A stretch of DNA of 32,000 bases from an archaeon (GCA_024277355.1 JAJRVL010000004.1:120001-152000); one strand, 5' to 3'; counted from the first letter of the stretch, positions 9,204 to 17,494 are shown. Notes: generated by a model not told the origin, from the letters alone. Program-made: numbers and translations.

Positions 9204-9309
9204 CAAACTTTTTGGAAAAAAGTTTGTGTTTTTGATAAACCTTTTTTTGAAAAAGGTTTTTGCAGTGCTATCGTTAGATAGCACGCGTGACTCGCGGACG
9301 CAACCGCGA
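9204..9309 (-). promoter_or_regulatory. Four consecutive hairpins in the spacer between tRNA-Ile and ileS
   Basis: The GC-rich hairpins are TCGCGG-ACGCAA-CCGCGA (9292-9309) and GTGCTATC-GTTA-GATAGCAC (9265-9284). The AT-rich hairpins are AAACCTTTTT/AAAAAGGTTT (9237-9259) and CAAACTTTTT/AAAAAGTTTG (9204-9226). Their function is unknown; processing signal, terminator or leader are all possible. Confidence 0.5.
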
Positions 9310-9310
9310 T

Positions 9311-9385
9311 TGGGCACGGGAGGATTTGAACCCCCGACACTTGGTGTATAAGACCAATGCTCTAACCAGGCTGAGCTACGCGCCC
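9311..9385 (-). tRNA. tRNA-Ile(UAU): tRNA-Ile with anticodon UAU (75 nt, CCA not encoded)
   Basis: The reverse complement folds as a cloverleaf. Acceptor is GGGCGCG/CGTGCCC (one G-U) plus discriminator A. D arm is GCTC-AGCCTGGTTA-GAGC. Anticodon arm is TTGGT-CTTATAC-ACCAA (U33, anticodon TAT, A37). Variable loop is GTGTC, and T arm is GGGGG-TTCAAAT-CCTCC. Confidence 0.9.
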
Positions 9386-9675
9386 TTAAATGTAAATAAA
9401 GTATTAATCCAAGAATATTTAAATAATTAATTAAATCAGTAAAAGAAAAAGTTTTGACGTATTTGTTCATCCCTTCTCATAAGCAACAATAAAAAATAGT
9501 TGAAATTTGTTTTTAAAGTTAATGCAAGAAAAATAAAACAGATAATTTGAATAGTATTCAATTAAATTAACTGAAAAAAAATTATACAAAGAATAAGCTA
9601 AAAAAATAAATAAAATATTTTTATTAAAAAAAAAGAAAAAAAAAGAAAAGAAAGAAAAAGTTGATTAATCCGAAA

Positions 9676-10356
9676 TCATTCTTTTTTTTCTGATTCTTCA
9701 GAATCTGCTTCTTTTGTTTCTTCTGTTGCTTCGCTTGTTTCTGCTGGTGTTTCGCTTGCTTCTTCAGTTGTAGTTTCTGCTGTTTCTTCTGCTGGAGCTT
9801 CTGATGCTTCTGTTGATGCGTCTGTGGTTTCTGTTTCTGCTGGAGCTTCAGTTGCTTCTTCAGTTGAAACTTCTTTTGTTTCTTCTGTTGCTTCTGTTGA
9901 AGTTTCTTCAGTTGAATCTGAACTTGAATCCTGGCTTGAGTCATCTGAATTGTCTTGTCTTGGTTTTCTGTTTCCAAAATCTCTGTTTCCGCCAAATCTT
10001 CTTCTTTGTTCAAATTCTTGGTCTGAAATATTGTTTTCTTTGTTTACTTCTGAAACTTCTTCTTCTGAATCAGTTAATTCACCATATCTTCCAATGTTTA
10101 ATCTTAAGCTGTTTTTAAACAATGAAGTATAGCCGTTTGCTATTTTGTAAGATTTGTCTACTTCAACTTTATCGATCATTTCATCCCATAAAGTCAAAAG
10201 AATTGCGCCTGAGTCATCTCCGACTAATACTTCTGTTACTTTGTGGCTTGAATTATCTAATTTTGAAGTAACTTCTCTTACTTCGTTTTTTTCAAGAACC
10301 TTTACAGCTAATTCTACTCTTTTCTGAAAAGGTCTTAGTTCACTTACTTTGTTCAT
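9676..10356 (-). CDS. ssb: Single-stranded DNA-binding protein: one OB fold, an RGG-like linker and a long acidic tail (226 aa)
   Basis: The N-terminal ~100 aa match the crenarchaeal-type SSB pattern (V.V.VLE...R.V......H.V.E.LVGD.SG.I.LTLW......Y.I.NGY...F...L.LN.G). This is followed by RRRFGGNRDFGNRKPR and a T/E/A/S-rich acidic tail. GGAGG lies 10 nt upstream of the ATG. Confidence 0.8.
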   Translation of the reverse strand: MNKVSELRPFQKRVELAVKVLEKNEVREVTSKLDNSSHKVTEVLVGDDSGAILLTLWDEMIDKVEVDKSYKIANGYTSLFKNSLRLNIGRYGELTDSEEEVSEVNKENNISDQEFEQRRRFGGNRDFGNRKPRQDNSDDSSQDSSSDSTEETSTEATEETKEVSTEEATEAPAETETTDASTEASEAPAEETAETTTEEASETPAETSEATEETKEADSEESEKKE

Positions 10357-10564
10357 ATACGTAAATCCTCCGGTTAATCAACGAGTTAAGCCTAAAAAAA
10401 TAGGTAATCGTTTAATCGTATATAAAAGTCAAAAAAAAGCTTTAAAAATAGATTTAATTTCGCGATTTTGATCTGGAGCCATGATACACGACTTCGTTGC
10501 ACTCAGTCCTGCTGTATTCAATAAAATAAATTATTTAAATAAACAAAAAAAGAAAAAAAATTAA

Positions 10565-10656
10565 GGCAGCACGGGCTTATCCCATGCCAGCGCCACTGAA
10601 AATGGTGCGTCGTTGCCACCAGCCGAAACTGGTGCTAAACTGCCGAAACAGTTTTT
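10565..10656. ncRNA. GC-rich cluster of four hairpins: a candidate small structured RNA (plus strand) or a structured 3' UTR of the 10655..11341 gene (minus strand)
   Basis: Stems are GGCA..GGG-CTTAT-CCC..TGCC (10565-10587), GCGCCA-CTGAAAA-TGGTGC (10590-10608), CACCAG-CCGAAA-CTGGTG (10617-10634) and AAACTG-CCGAAA-CAGTTT (10637-10654). On the plus strand, TTTAAATA sits ~23 nt upstream of G10565 and the cluster ends in T5. On the minus strand, the cluster starts right after the stop codon and is followed by a T-rich tract. I could not assign it to a known RNA family. Confidence 0.4.
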
Positions 10657-11341
10657 ACATGCCTTTTCTTAATTCCATGACAAAATTTTTGATGTCTTTT
10701 CTGAAAGACAAACCAAAAGCTACTCCAAAAAGCAATGCAACCACTATTACTAATACTGTGAATGCAATCCTAAATGCTTCAACTAAAATAGTTGTATCAA
10801 ATCCAATATTGGCTAAAGCCATTACTAAAACTAAATACATTATTACTATTTCGGCTAACATTCCGGCTAAATCTTTTTTTGGATAGTTGGTTTTGTTGAA
10901 TGTGTTTCTTACATATCTTGCTAAATAAAATCCCAATGCTAAGAACAATACTGCTGCTAAAACTAATGGAACTTTTTCAACAAACAATGTAACAAAGTCT
11001 GCAATTACATTCAATGACAGGAATCCTACAGCTTGAGCTAAGAATAGTATTATTACATACCATTTAACTAATTCTCCAATTAAAATAGAGAATGATACTC
11101 CGCCTACAGCCTGAGGTAAATCATGTGATTCCAAGAAGTGGTCAATTTTAAGATATTTAACGACTTCAACTGAAACCTTTTTCAGAACTAATGCAACAAC
11201 ATAACCGATAAATAAAAGAATTATTGCTATTGCTAATCCTGGAATTATTGAAACTCCTGTTTGAATTAATGCATCAATTGATTGATAAATTCCTCCGCCT
11301 ACTAGACTAAAGAAATCTATTGCACCATCACCTACTGCCAT
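10655..11341 (-). CDS. Multi-pass membrane protein (228 aa), possibly TM-helix-repeat / MscS-N-terminal-like
   Basis: Track ORF with at least five hydrophobic helices separated by short basic loops. GGTGA lies 7 nt upstream of the ATG. The functional assignment is weak. Confidence 0.8.
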   Translation of the reverse strand: MAVGDGAIDFFSLVGGGIYQSIDALIQTGVSIIPGLAIAIILLFIGYVVALVLKKVSVEVVKYLKIDHFLESHDLPQAVGGVSFSILIGELVKWYVIILFLAQAVGFLSLNVIADFVTLFVEKVPLVLAAVLFLALGFYLARYVRNTFNKTNYPKKDLAGMLAEIVIMYLVLVMALANIGFDTTILVEAFRIAFTVLVIVVALLFGVAFGLSFRKDIKNFVMELRKGM

Positions 11342-11371
11342 AAATAAATCACCTTAAATAATTCAGCTTTA

Positions 11372-11905
11372 CTATTTAAAAATGTTATACATTAAATCGC
11401 TTGTTTTTTGAAGTAAATCATCTAAAGAAGAATTATTTTCCAGTTTAAAGTCAGCTAACTCAAATAATTTATTCATTCCTTTTTTTTCTGCGTCAATTTT
11501 ATCTCTTTCAGAAAATTTTTCTAAAGAATTAGAATCTAATTCATTTCTTCTTTCAAAACGTTTTTCTTTTTCTGCTGTAATTAAAATTAATTTTAATTGA
11601 GGAAATTTTTGTTTAATTAATTCTACTTCTTCAACTGAACGGGCGCCAACAAAAACAATTTTTTGTTCATCAGAAACTTTCTCTAAAAGTTTTACTGCAA
11701 TAAAATTCATCCCAAATTTTTTTCTTAATTCATCTCCTAATAAAACCATGTTTTCTTTTGAAACTTTTTTTCCCTGCTTTATTAGTTCTTCTTCTAATAT
11801 AGAAGAAAAAACAAATTTTTTAAACCCAAATTCTTTAACTAAAAAATCAGCTATAGTATCTTTTCCTGAACGTGCTTTACCTAATAAAATTAAAATTTGT
11901 TTCAT
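11372..11905 (-). CDS. P-loop nucleotide kinase-like protein (177 aa; dNMP-kinase-like GxxRSGKDT loop)
   Basis: The N-terminal sequence ILILLGKARSGKDT is a Walker A of the variant I associate with dNMP/nucleoside-monophosphate kinase-like proteins. The size suits a small kinase. The substrate is unknown. Confidence 0.7.
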   Translation of the reverse strand: MKQILILLGKARSGKDTIADFLVKEFGFKKFVFSSILEEELIKQGKKVSKENMVLLGDELRKKFGMNFIAVKLLEKVSDEQKIVFVGARSVEEVELIKQKFPQLKLILITAEKEKRFERRNELDSNSLEKFSERDKIDAEKKGMNKLFELADFKLENNSSLDDLLQKTSDLMYNIFK

Positions 11906-11985
11906 AAGAAAACAATAAATAAAAAGAAATAAATAAACATTTAAATATCTTCAAAAACATAGTTTTTACTAAAAGAAGTGATTTA

Positions 11986-12273
11986 ATGCCAAGAACTCCT
12001 CAAAAATTCAGGAAACAAAGAGGGAAAAAGATTTCAAACAATAACAATAATCCTGCTAAACACACTCATATTAATAAATACAAAAAATCAAAAACAACAA
12101 CTCCAAAAACACCTCAGGAAATAAAAAGTCAAATAGAACACCAGGTTTATTCAGAGTATGCAGTAGGATTTAGATTTCTTTCTCCTAAAGAACAAATAAG
12201 AATTTCAAAACAAATTGAAAAAGAAGTTAACAGAAGAATCAATAATTATTTTTCAAGAAAAAGAAAAAATTAA
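11986..12273 (+). CDS. Small basic protein (95 aa), function unknown
   Basis: Track ORF, Lys/Arg/Asn-rich, in an otherwise empty intergenic slot. No recognisable motif. Confidence 0.55.
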   Translation: MPRTPQKFRKQRGKKISNNNNNPAKHTHINKYKKSKTTTPKTPQEIKSQIEHQVYSEYAVGFRFLSPKEQIRISKQIEKEVNRRINNYFSRKRKN

Positions 12274-12322
12274 AAAAATAATAAAAAGAATTAATAAAAA
12301 AAAATAATTAAAAATAAAAAAA

Positions 12323-12339
12323 AGGGAAATTGATTCCCT
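12323..12339 (-). terminator. Hairpin plus T-tract downstream of the thermosome gene
   Basis: AGGGAA-ATTGA-TTCCCT (6-bp stem) lies 4 nt after the stop. On the minus strand it is followed by TTTTTTTTATTTTT. It also faces the convergent 11986..12273 gene. Confidence 0.45.
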
Positions 12340-12342
12340 GAA

Positions 12343-13989
12343 TTACATCATGCCTGGCATTCCACCCATGCCGCCCATATCTGGAGGCATTGGAGGAGCT
12401 GAACCTTTACTGCTTCCTGCAATAATGTCATCAATTCTTAAAATCATTTCTGTTACTTCTGAAGCAGAAGTAATTGCCTGTGTTTTGACTGTTAATGGTT
12501 CAATTACTTTCTGGCTTTTTAAGTCAACTAATTTTGATTGATAGACATCTACTCCAATATATTTTCCTGAAGCTTTTGCATGTTTTGACCTTAAATTAAC
12601 TAAAGTGTCAATTGGATCCATTCCTGCAGTTTCAGCTAAAGTTCTTGGAATTATTTCTAATGTTTCAGCAAAAGCATCAATTGCTAATTGTTCTCTTCCG
12701 CCTACTGTTTTAGCGTATTCTCTTAATTTAACTGCAACTTCTATTTCGCTGCTTCCTCCGCCTGCAACAACTTTTCCGATTTTTATTGCTGAAATTACTG
12801 CTCCTAATGCGTCATTTAATGCTCTTTCTGCTTCATCCATTACATGGTCTGAACCGCCTCTGACTAAGACTGTTACTGCTTTAGGGTTTTTGCAGCCTTC
12901 AATAAAAACCATGTCTTCTCCAGAAACTTTTTTTGAGTTAACGTCTTCAGCAAAACCTAAATCGTCTTTGTTTAAGTCATTTGTTCTATTAACAATTTTT
13001 GCTCCTGTTGCTCTTGACAATAAAGTCATGTCTGATTTTTTGACTCTTCTTACTGCAAGAATTCCTTCTTTTGATAAAAAGTGCTGTGCTAAATCATCAA
13101 TTCCTTTCTGGCAGAAAACAACATTTGCTCCTGAAGCTTTAATTTTTTCAACCATGTTTTTTAACATGCCTTCTTCTTGGTCTAAAAAAGCCTGCAATTG
13201 GTCAGGAGAAGTAATTTGTATTTTTGCGTCTGTTTCTGTTTCTTTTACTTCTAAAGCTGAATCAATTAAAGCAATTTTTGCTTTAGCCATTTTTTTTGGC
13301 ATTCCTTCGTTTACTACTTCTTTGTCTATTACTACTCCTTTAATTAATTCTGAGTCAGTTAAACCTGCTCCGCCTTTTTTTTCTATTTTAATTTTGTCTC
13401 TGTTAATTGTTGTTCCGTTTTCTTCTTCTGAAACTGTTTTAATTGCTTCAACAACTAAATCAGCTAATTCCATTGAAGCTTCAGCTGCTTTTCCTGTCAT
13501 TGAAGTAACAGCAATGTCTTTTAGTGTTTTTGAATCTTTAATGCTGACTGAATCTGCTAATTCAGCATAATATTCTTTTGCTTTTTTTGCTGCCATTCTG
13601 TATCCATTAATTATAATTGAAGAATGAATGTCATCATCTAACATTTTTTCTGCTTTTCCAAGTAATCCGCCAGATAAAACTACAACACTAGTAGTTCCGT
13701 CTCCAACTTCATTATCTTGTGTTTTTGCTACTTCTACAAGCATTTTTCCTACAGGATGATCAATGCTCATTTCACTTAAAATTGTTGCTCCGTCATTTGA
13801 AACTGTTACGTCTCCTAAGTCATCTACAATCATTTTATCCATTCCTTTTGGACCTAAAGTAGATTTAACTGCATTAGCAACTGCTTTTGCAATTAAAATA
13901 TTAATTCTTTGTGCGTCTCTTCCTCTGGTTCTTTTAGAGCCATCAGATAAAAAAACGACTTGCTGGTTCATATTGTCTATTTGTGCCAT
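12343..13989 (-). CDS. ths: Thermosome subunit (group II chaperonin, 548 aa)
   Basis: Motifs [15 protein letters not shown] and GGG..E, plus the C-terminal [10 protein letters not shown] tail. GGAGG lies upstream of the ATG. Confidence 0.97.
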   Translation of the reverse strand: MAQIDNMNQQVVFLSDGSKRTRGRDAQRINILIAKAVANAVKSTLGPKGMDKMIVDDLGDVTVSNDGATILSEMSIDHPVGKMLVEVAKTQDNEVGDGTTSVVVLSGGLLGKAEKMLDDDIHSSIIINGYRMAAKKAKEYYAELADSVSIKDSKTLKDIAVTSMTGKAAEASMELADLVVEAIKTVSEEENGTTINRDKIKIEKKGGAGLTDSELIKGVVIDKEVVNEGMPKKMAKAKIALIDSALEVKETETDAKIQITSPDQLQAFLDQEEGMLKNMVEKIKASGANVVFCQKGIDDLAQHFLSKEGILAVRRVKKSDMTLLSRATGAKIVNRTNDLNKDDLGFAEDVNSKKVSGEDMVFIEGCKNPKAVTVLVRGGSDHVMDEAERALNDALGAVISAIKIGKVVAGGGSSEIEVAVKLREYAKTVGGREQLAIDAFAETLEIIPRTLAETAGMDPIDTLVNLRSKHAKASGKYIGVDVYQSKLVDLKSQKVIEPLTVKTQAITSASEVTEMILRIDDIIAGSSKGSAPPMPPDMGGMGGMPGMM

Positions 13990-14100
13990 AAATTTAGCCT
14001 CCTAATTTAATTAAATAAATAATTAGTGTATAAATTATTGATAGATATAAATGTTTATAAACTTTTTTGATGGATATAAATGTCAATTAGAAAAAGCTTT

Positions 14101-14481
14101 TTACCTGTTTTTTTTAAATGATTCAACTTTATCTGTTCCGTAAATGTCTGTCATTTCTTTTAATACAAAAAACCCTTTAAGGAAACAGGCAGCAGTTAAA
14201 ATTCTCAGGAAATTGCTTAAATAAAACCAATAACCTAACGGCCCATAAACATATTCTCTTGAAAATTCAAACACTTTGTAAAGTAAATCAAGAAAAATAT
14301 TTATTGCAAAACTTGCACACATAAAAGCAGAAGCAATTAAAATCCATTTAACAAAATAACGAAATTTTCCTGAAGTAAATCTTTTATAGGCAATAAAGCT
14401 TATTGTTAAAGCTGAAATAATTAAAACAATAGCCAGAATTCCTTCAAGTAAAAGAATATGTTCTAGTAATCCAAAACTCAT
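14101..14481 (-). CDS. Small 3-TM membrane protein (126 aa), cassette 1, third gene
   Basis: Track ORF with an ATGA overlap to the upstream gene and GAGGGA upstream. It has three hydrophobic helices and a cytosolic tail LKEMTDIYGT. It is a paralog of 14478..14828, 21428..21751 and 21111..21428. Confidence 0.8.
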   Translation of the reverse strand: MSFGLLEHILLLEGILAIVLIISALTISFIAYKRFTSGKFRYFVKWILIASAFMCASFAINIFLDLLYKVFEFSREYVYGPLGYWFYLSNFLRILTAACFLKGFFVLKEMTDIYGTDKVESFKKNR

Positions 14482-14828
14482 TTTATTCCCTCTTTTGAAG
14501 CAAAACCATATTCTTTTGACATTTCATTTAAAATTAATCCTGCTTTAAGAAAAGCAATTCCTGTTAAAATTGCTATGCCTGAACGGACTAAGTCAAGAAT
14601 TAAGTCTATTTCTTCTGCTACTCCAACAGCATTTATGTAATGAATTACAGTCGAAGCAATTACATGAAATAAAGCTAAAGTTGCTGTTATAATTACCCAT
14701 TTAATAAAAGTTTTGTAATGTCCTAAAACAAATTTTTTACTTATATTAATTGCCCATAAAATAGCCACAGCAACAATAAGAATTACTACTGCAGAAAAGC
14801 CAATCAAAGCAAAGCCCATAGTATTCAT
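14478..14828 (-). CDS. Small 3-TM membrane protein (116 aa), cassette 1, second gene
   Basis: Track ORF with an ATGA overlap to the upstream gene and GAGGTGG upstream. It has three TM helices and the tail LNEMSKEYGF. Confidence 0.8.
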   Translation of the reverse strand: MNTMGFALIGFSAVVILIVAVAILWAINISKKFVLGHYKTFIKWVIITATLALFHVIASTVIHYINAVGVAEEIDLILDLVRSGIAILTGIAFLKAGLILNEMSKEYGFASKEGIK

Positions 14829-15385
14829 TTATCCACCTCTAAAACATTATCACAAAACTGAGAAATTTGTGCAATTATTTCTTTGTCTTCTTTTTTATCT
14901 AAAGCAATAATTACTCCGCTTAATCCCCATACTCTTAATTTTGTAATCAGGAAATGAAAAAACTTTGAAATCCTCGCAGAATCATTATGTATAAGTAAAG
15001 CTGAGAGTGAATCAAAATATACTAATCTGTTTTTTACATCAATTGATTGAGTTACCTGATTTAATGCAATTCCTAAGTCAGTTAAATTTCTTGGAGATTC
15101 AAGGAACATTACGTTGCTTTCTTTTGCAGGGTTTCTATTAGCTGTTTTTGTAATCATATCAACAAAGAAAATCTTTTTTGTTTCAATTTTAGTTTGTTCT
15201 AAAGAAGAAACCAAACTTAAATAAGGCTTGTTTATTGTAACATAAATCGGAACTAAATGTTTTTTTTCAATTAAAGTTTTAAAAAACTCAGTATTGCTTT
15301 GAGAATAATTTCCCGGATTAAATACAGCTATCAAAACAAATTCTTTTTGCAGTTTCTGCAAAGCTAAATCTAAATTTTTTATCAT
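14825..15385 (-). CDS. KaiC/RecA-fold-like protein lacking a Walker A loop (186 aa from ATG 15385; the track starts at TTG 15388), cassette 1, first gene
   Basis: Alternating strand/helix pattern with IYVTINKP, IFFVD, LESPRNLTDLGIAL, VYFDSLSALL and VIIALDKK, resembling COG0467/DUF835-type domains. The expected GxxxxGK[ST] position reads FNPGNYSQS. It aligns end to end with 21748..22305. Confidence 0.75.
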   Translation of the reverse strand: MIKNLDLALQKLQKEFVLIAVFNPGNYSQSNTEFFKTLIEKKHLVPIYVTINKPYLSLVSSLEQTKIETKKIFFVDMITKTANRNPAKESNVMFLESPRNLTDLGIALNQVTQSIDVKNRLVYFDSLSALLIHNDSARISKFFHFLITKLRVWGLSGVIIALDKKEDKEIIAQISQFCDNVLEVDK

Positions 15386-15406
15386 CAAAACAATAAAGGA
15401 AATTAG

Positions 15407-15416
15407 TATTTAAAAT
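15407..15416 (-). promoter_or_regulatory. TATA-box candidate for cassette 1 (leaderless or near-leaderless start)
   Basis: The minus strand reads ATTTTAAATA, 21 nt upstream of ATG 15385. There is no Shine-Dalgarno-like run in between. Confidence 0.4.
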
Positions 15417-15441
15417 AGCTTTTATTCAGGCATTGGAATAC

Positions 15442-15449
15442 TTTTAATA
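15442..15449 (+). promoter_or_regulatory. TATA-box candidate for the mae-fum-mtnA operon (leaderless or near-leaderless start)
   Basis: TTTTAATA lies 22 nt upstream of ATG 15472. There is no SD-like run in between. Confidence 0.35.
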
Positions 15450-15471
15450 GATTTCTTTCTTTAAAACTTAA

Positions 15472-16632
15472 ATGTTTTCAGAAGAATCCATTGAATTACA
15501 TAAACAATTAAAAGGAAAACTTGAAGTAAATTCAAAAATTAAAATTGATTCAAAAACTCTTTCTTTAGCTTATACCCCTGGAGTAGCTGAACCCTGTAAA
15601 AGAATTCAGGCTGACCCAAAAAAAGTTTTTGATTACACAATTAAATCCAATACAATTGCAGTAATAACTGATGGAAGCGCAGTATTAGGTTTAGGAAACT
15701 TAGGTGCAGAAGCTTCTTTGCCGGTAATGGAAGGAAAATGCGCTTTATTTAAGGAATTTTCAGGATTAAATGCTTTTCCTATTGCATTAAAAACACAGGA
15801 AACAAAAGAAATAATTTCAATAATAAAAAATATTTCACCAGTATTTGCAGGAATAAATTTAGAGGATATTTCTTCTCCAAGATGCTTTGAAATAGAAAAA
15901 GCATTAATGGATTTAGGAATTCCAGTAATGCATGACGATCAGCATGGCGCAGCAATAGTTGCTTTAGCTGGATTAAAAAACGCAATGAAAGTTCTTAAAA
16001 AAAATTTAAGTGAAAGCAAAGTTGTAGTAAGCGGAATTGGAGCGGCAGGAACAGCTATAACAAAATTATTAATTGCAAATGAAAAACCAGAAGAACTTGT
16101 TTTAGTGGATAAAGAAGGAATTTTATTTGAAGGAAAAACAGGAATAATAAAACATCATTCAGAGTTAGCTGAATTAACTAACAGAAAAAAAATTAAAGGA
16201 AGTTTAGAAGATGCATTAATTGATGCAGATATATTTATTGGCTGTTCTATAGGAAACACAGTTACCTCAAAAATGGTTGAATCAATGAACTCAAAAATAA
16301 TTTTTGCTTTAGCTAATCCAATTCCTGAAATTATGCCTGAAGAAGCAAGAAAAGCAGGCGCAGAAATTATTGCAACAGGAAGAAGCGATTATCCAAATCA
16401 AGTAAATAATCTGCTTGCATTCCCAGGAATATTCAGAGGAGCAATTGATGCAAAAGCAGTTAAAATAACAGAAGAAATGAAGTTATCAGCAGTAAAAGCT
16501 TTAGCTGAATTTATTGAAAACCCAACAAAAGAATTATTTATTCCTGATCCATTAGATAAAAAAGTTACAGTAAAAGTAGCTGAAGCAGTAAAAAAAGAAG
16601 CAGAAAATTCAGGTGTAATTAGAAATGACTGA
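15472..16632 (+). CDS. NAD(P)-dependent malic enzyme (386 aa)
   Basis: Motifs LAYTPGVAEPC, VITDGSAVLGLGNLG, PVMEGKCALFKEF, DDQHGAAIV and the GIGAAG Rossmann motif match the small prokaryotic malic enzyme. Confidence 0.9.
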   Translation: MFSEESIELHKQLKGKLEVNSKIKIDSKTLSLAYTPGVAEPCKRIQADPKKVFDYTIKSNTIAVITDGSAVLGLGNLGAEASLPVMEGKCALFKEFSGLNAFPIALKTQETKEIISIIKNISPVFAGINLEDISSPRCFEIEKALMDLGIPVMHDDQHGAAIVALAGLKNAMKVLKKNLSESKVVVSGIGAAGTAITKLLIANEKPEELVLVDKEGILFEGKTGIIKHHSELAELTNRKKIKGSLEDALIDADIFIGCSIGNTVTSKMVESMNSKIIFALANPIPEIMPEEARKAGAEIIATGRSDYPNQVNNLLAFPGIFRGAIDAKAVKITEEMKLSAVKALAEFIENPTKELFIPDPLDKKVTVKVAEAVKKEAENSGVIRND

Positions 16633-17494
16633 ATTAAATTCAGCAATACTTGAATTATACAAAAAAGCAAGTTTTTTTCTGCCGGAAGACGTAAAAGAAA
16701 AATTAATTAAAGCCAAAAACAAAGAAGAAAATGAATTAACAAAAAAAGTTTTTAATTCAATGTTTGAAAACATTAAGTTAGCAGAAGAAAAACAAACTCC
16801 TTTATGCGGTGATACAGGAACTCCTATTTTTTTTGTTTCTAATTCAAATAATTTTTCTCAAAAAGAAATAATTAAAGCAGTAAATAAAGCAACAGAAGAA
16901 GCTGTAAAAAAAAATTATTTAAGACCTAATGCAGTTGACTCTTTAACAGAAAAAAATTCAGGAAACTGTTTAGGAGAAAAAATTCCTTTAATTTATTTTG
17001 AAGAAAATGAAAAAGAAAAAGAATTGAAAATTGATTTAATTCTTAAAGGAGGCGGAAGCGAAAATATAGGAAAAACTTATTCTCTTCCAGATGAAGAATT
17101 AAATGCTGAAAGAAATTTAGATGGAGTAAGAAAATGCATTTTAGATTCAGTGATTAAAGCTCAAGGAAAAGGCTGTCCGCCAAACACATTAAATGTTGTT
17201 GTTGGAGGAACAAAAGATGCTGTTTCAGTTGAAGCAAAAAAATTAATTTTAAGAAAATTAAATGAAAAAAACCCTGTAAAAGAACTGCAGGAATTTGAAG
17301 AAAAACTATTAAAAGAAATTAATTCTTTAGGAATAGGCGCAATGGGAATTGGAGGAAATTCTTTTGCTTTAGGAGTTAAAACAAAATTTTTAGCAAGACA
17401 TCCTGCATCATATTTTGTTGAAATAAGTTTTGCATGCTGGAATGACAGAAGAAAAACAATGACTTGGAAAAACGGAGAAGCAAAATATGACTGA
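16625..17494 (+). CDS. Fe-S hydro-lyase alpha subunit (class I fumarate hydratase / tartrate dehydratase type, 289 aa)
   Basis: A CGDTGTP motif and GGGSEN, with later Cys residues, typical of the alpha-type domain. It overlaps the upstream gene by 8 nt. Confidence 0.85.
   Translation: MTELNSAILELYKKASFFLPEDVKEKLIKAKNKEENELTKKVFNSMFENIKLAEEKQTPLCGDTGTPIFFVSNSNNFSQKEIIKAVNKATEEAVKKNYLRPNAVDSLTEKNSGNCLGEKIPLIYFEENEKEKELKIDLILKGGGSENIGKTYSLPDEELNAERNLDGVRKCILDSVIKAQGKGCPPNTLNVVVGGTKDAVSVEAKKLILRKLNEKNPVKELQEFEEKLLKEINSLGIGAMGIGGNSFALGVKTKFLARHPASYFVEISFACWNDRRKTMTWKNGEAKYD

Noticed and set aside
9182-9310. The idea that the ileS leader is a T-box-like, tRNA-sensing riboswitch
   Set aside because: I could not find a specifier-loop/T-box consensus, and T-boxes are a bacterial mechanism. 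The hairpins are reported only as unexplained structure.
9186-9470. A 94-aa minus-strand ORF
   Set aside because: It overlaps the tRNA-Ile gene and the GC-rich hairpin spacer. The open frame is explained by the RNA elements.
9626-9660. Purine tracts of the form A5-9G repeated (also 20377-20400, 24486-24515, 12276-12322, 10541-10560), considered as microsatellites or CRISPR-like repeats
   Set aside because: Each lies immediately downstream of a minus-strand gene and reads as an oligo-T tract on that strand. That is the expected archaeal termination signal, and there is no spacer/repeat periodicity.
9624-10132. ORFs 9624..10013 (-), 9804..10118 (+) and 9824..10132 (+)
   Set aside because: They are alternative frames or the antisense of the repetitive acidic-tail region of the SSB gene. 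Their translations are Q/K or L/F homopolymer-like, so they are artefacts of the repeat.
10461-10530. A moderately GC-richer patch (contains ATGATAC and CTCAG), examined as a second C/D sRNA, a tRNA fragment or a micro-ORF (27 aa on the plus strand, 23 aa on the minus strand)
   Set aside because: The boxes are non-canonical and wrongly spaced. There are no convincing stems, and the micro-ORFs lack properly spaced SDs. It probably forms part of the ssb promoter/5' region, and I leave it unassigned.
10584-10886. A 100-aa plus-strand ORF
   Set aside because: It starts inside the hairpin cluster and runs antisense through the membrane-protein gene. It has no RBS or TATA support.
12605-13570. A 321-aa plus-strand ORF, together with 12350..12541 and 13763..14005
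   Set aside because: It is entirely antisense to the unambiguous thermosome gene. It has a low-complexity S/A/I/F-rich translation with no motifs, so it is a shadow ORF.
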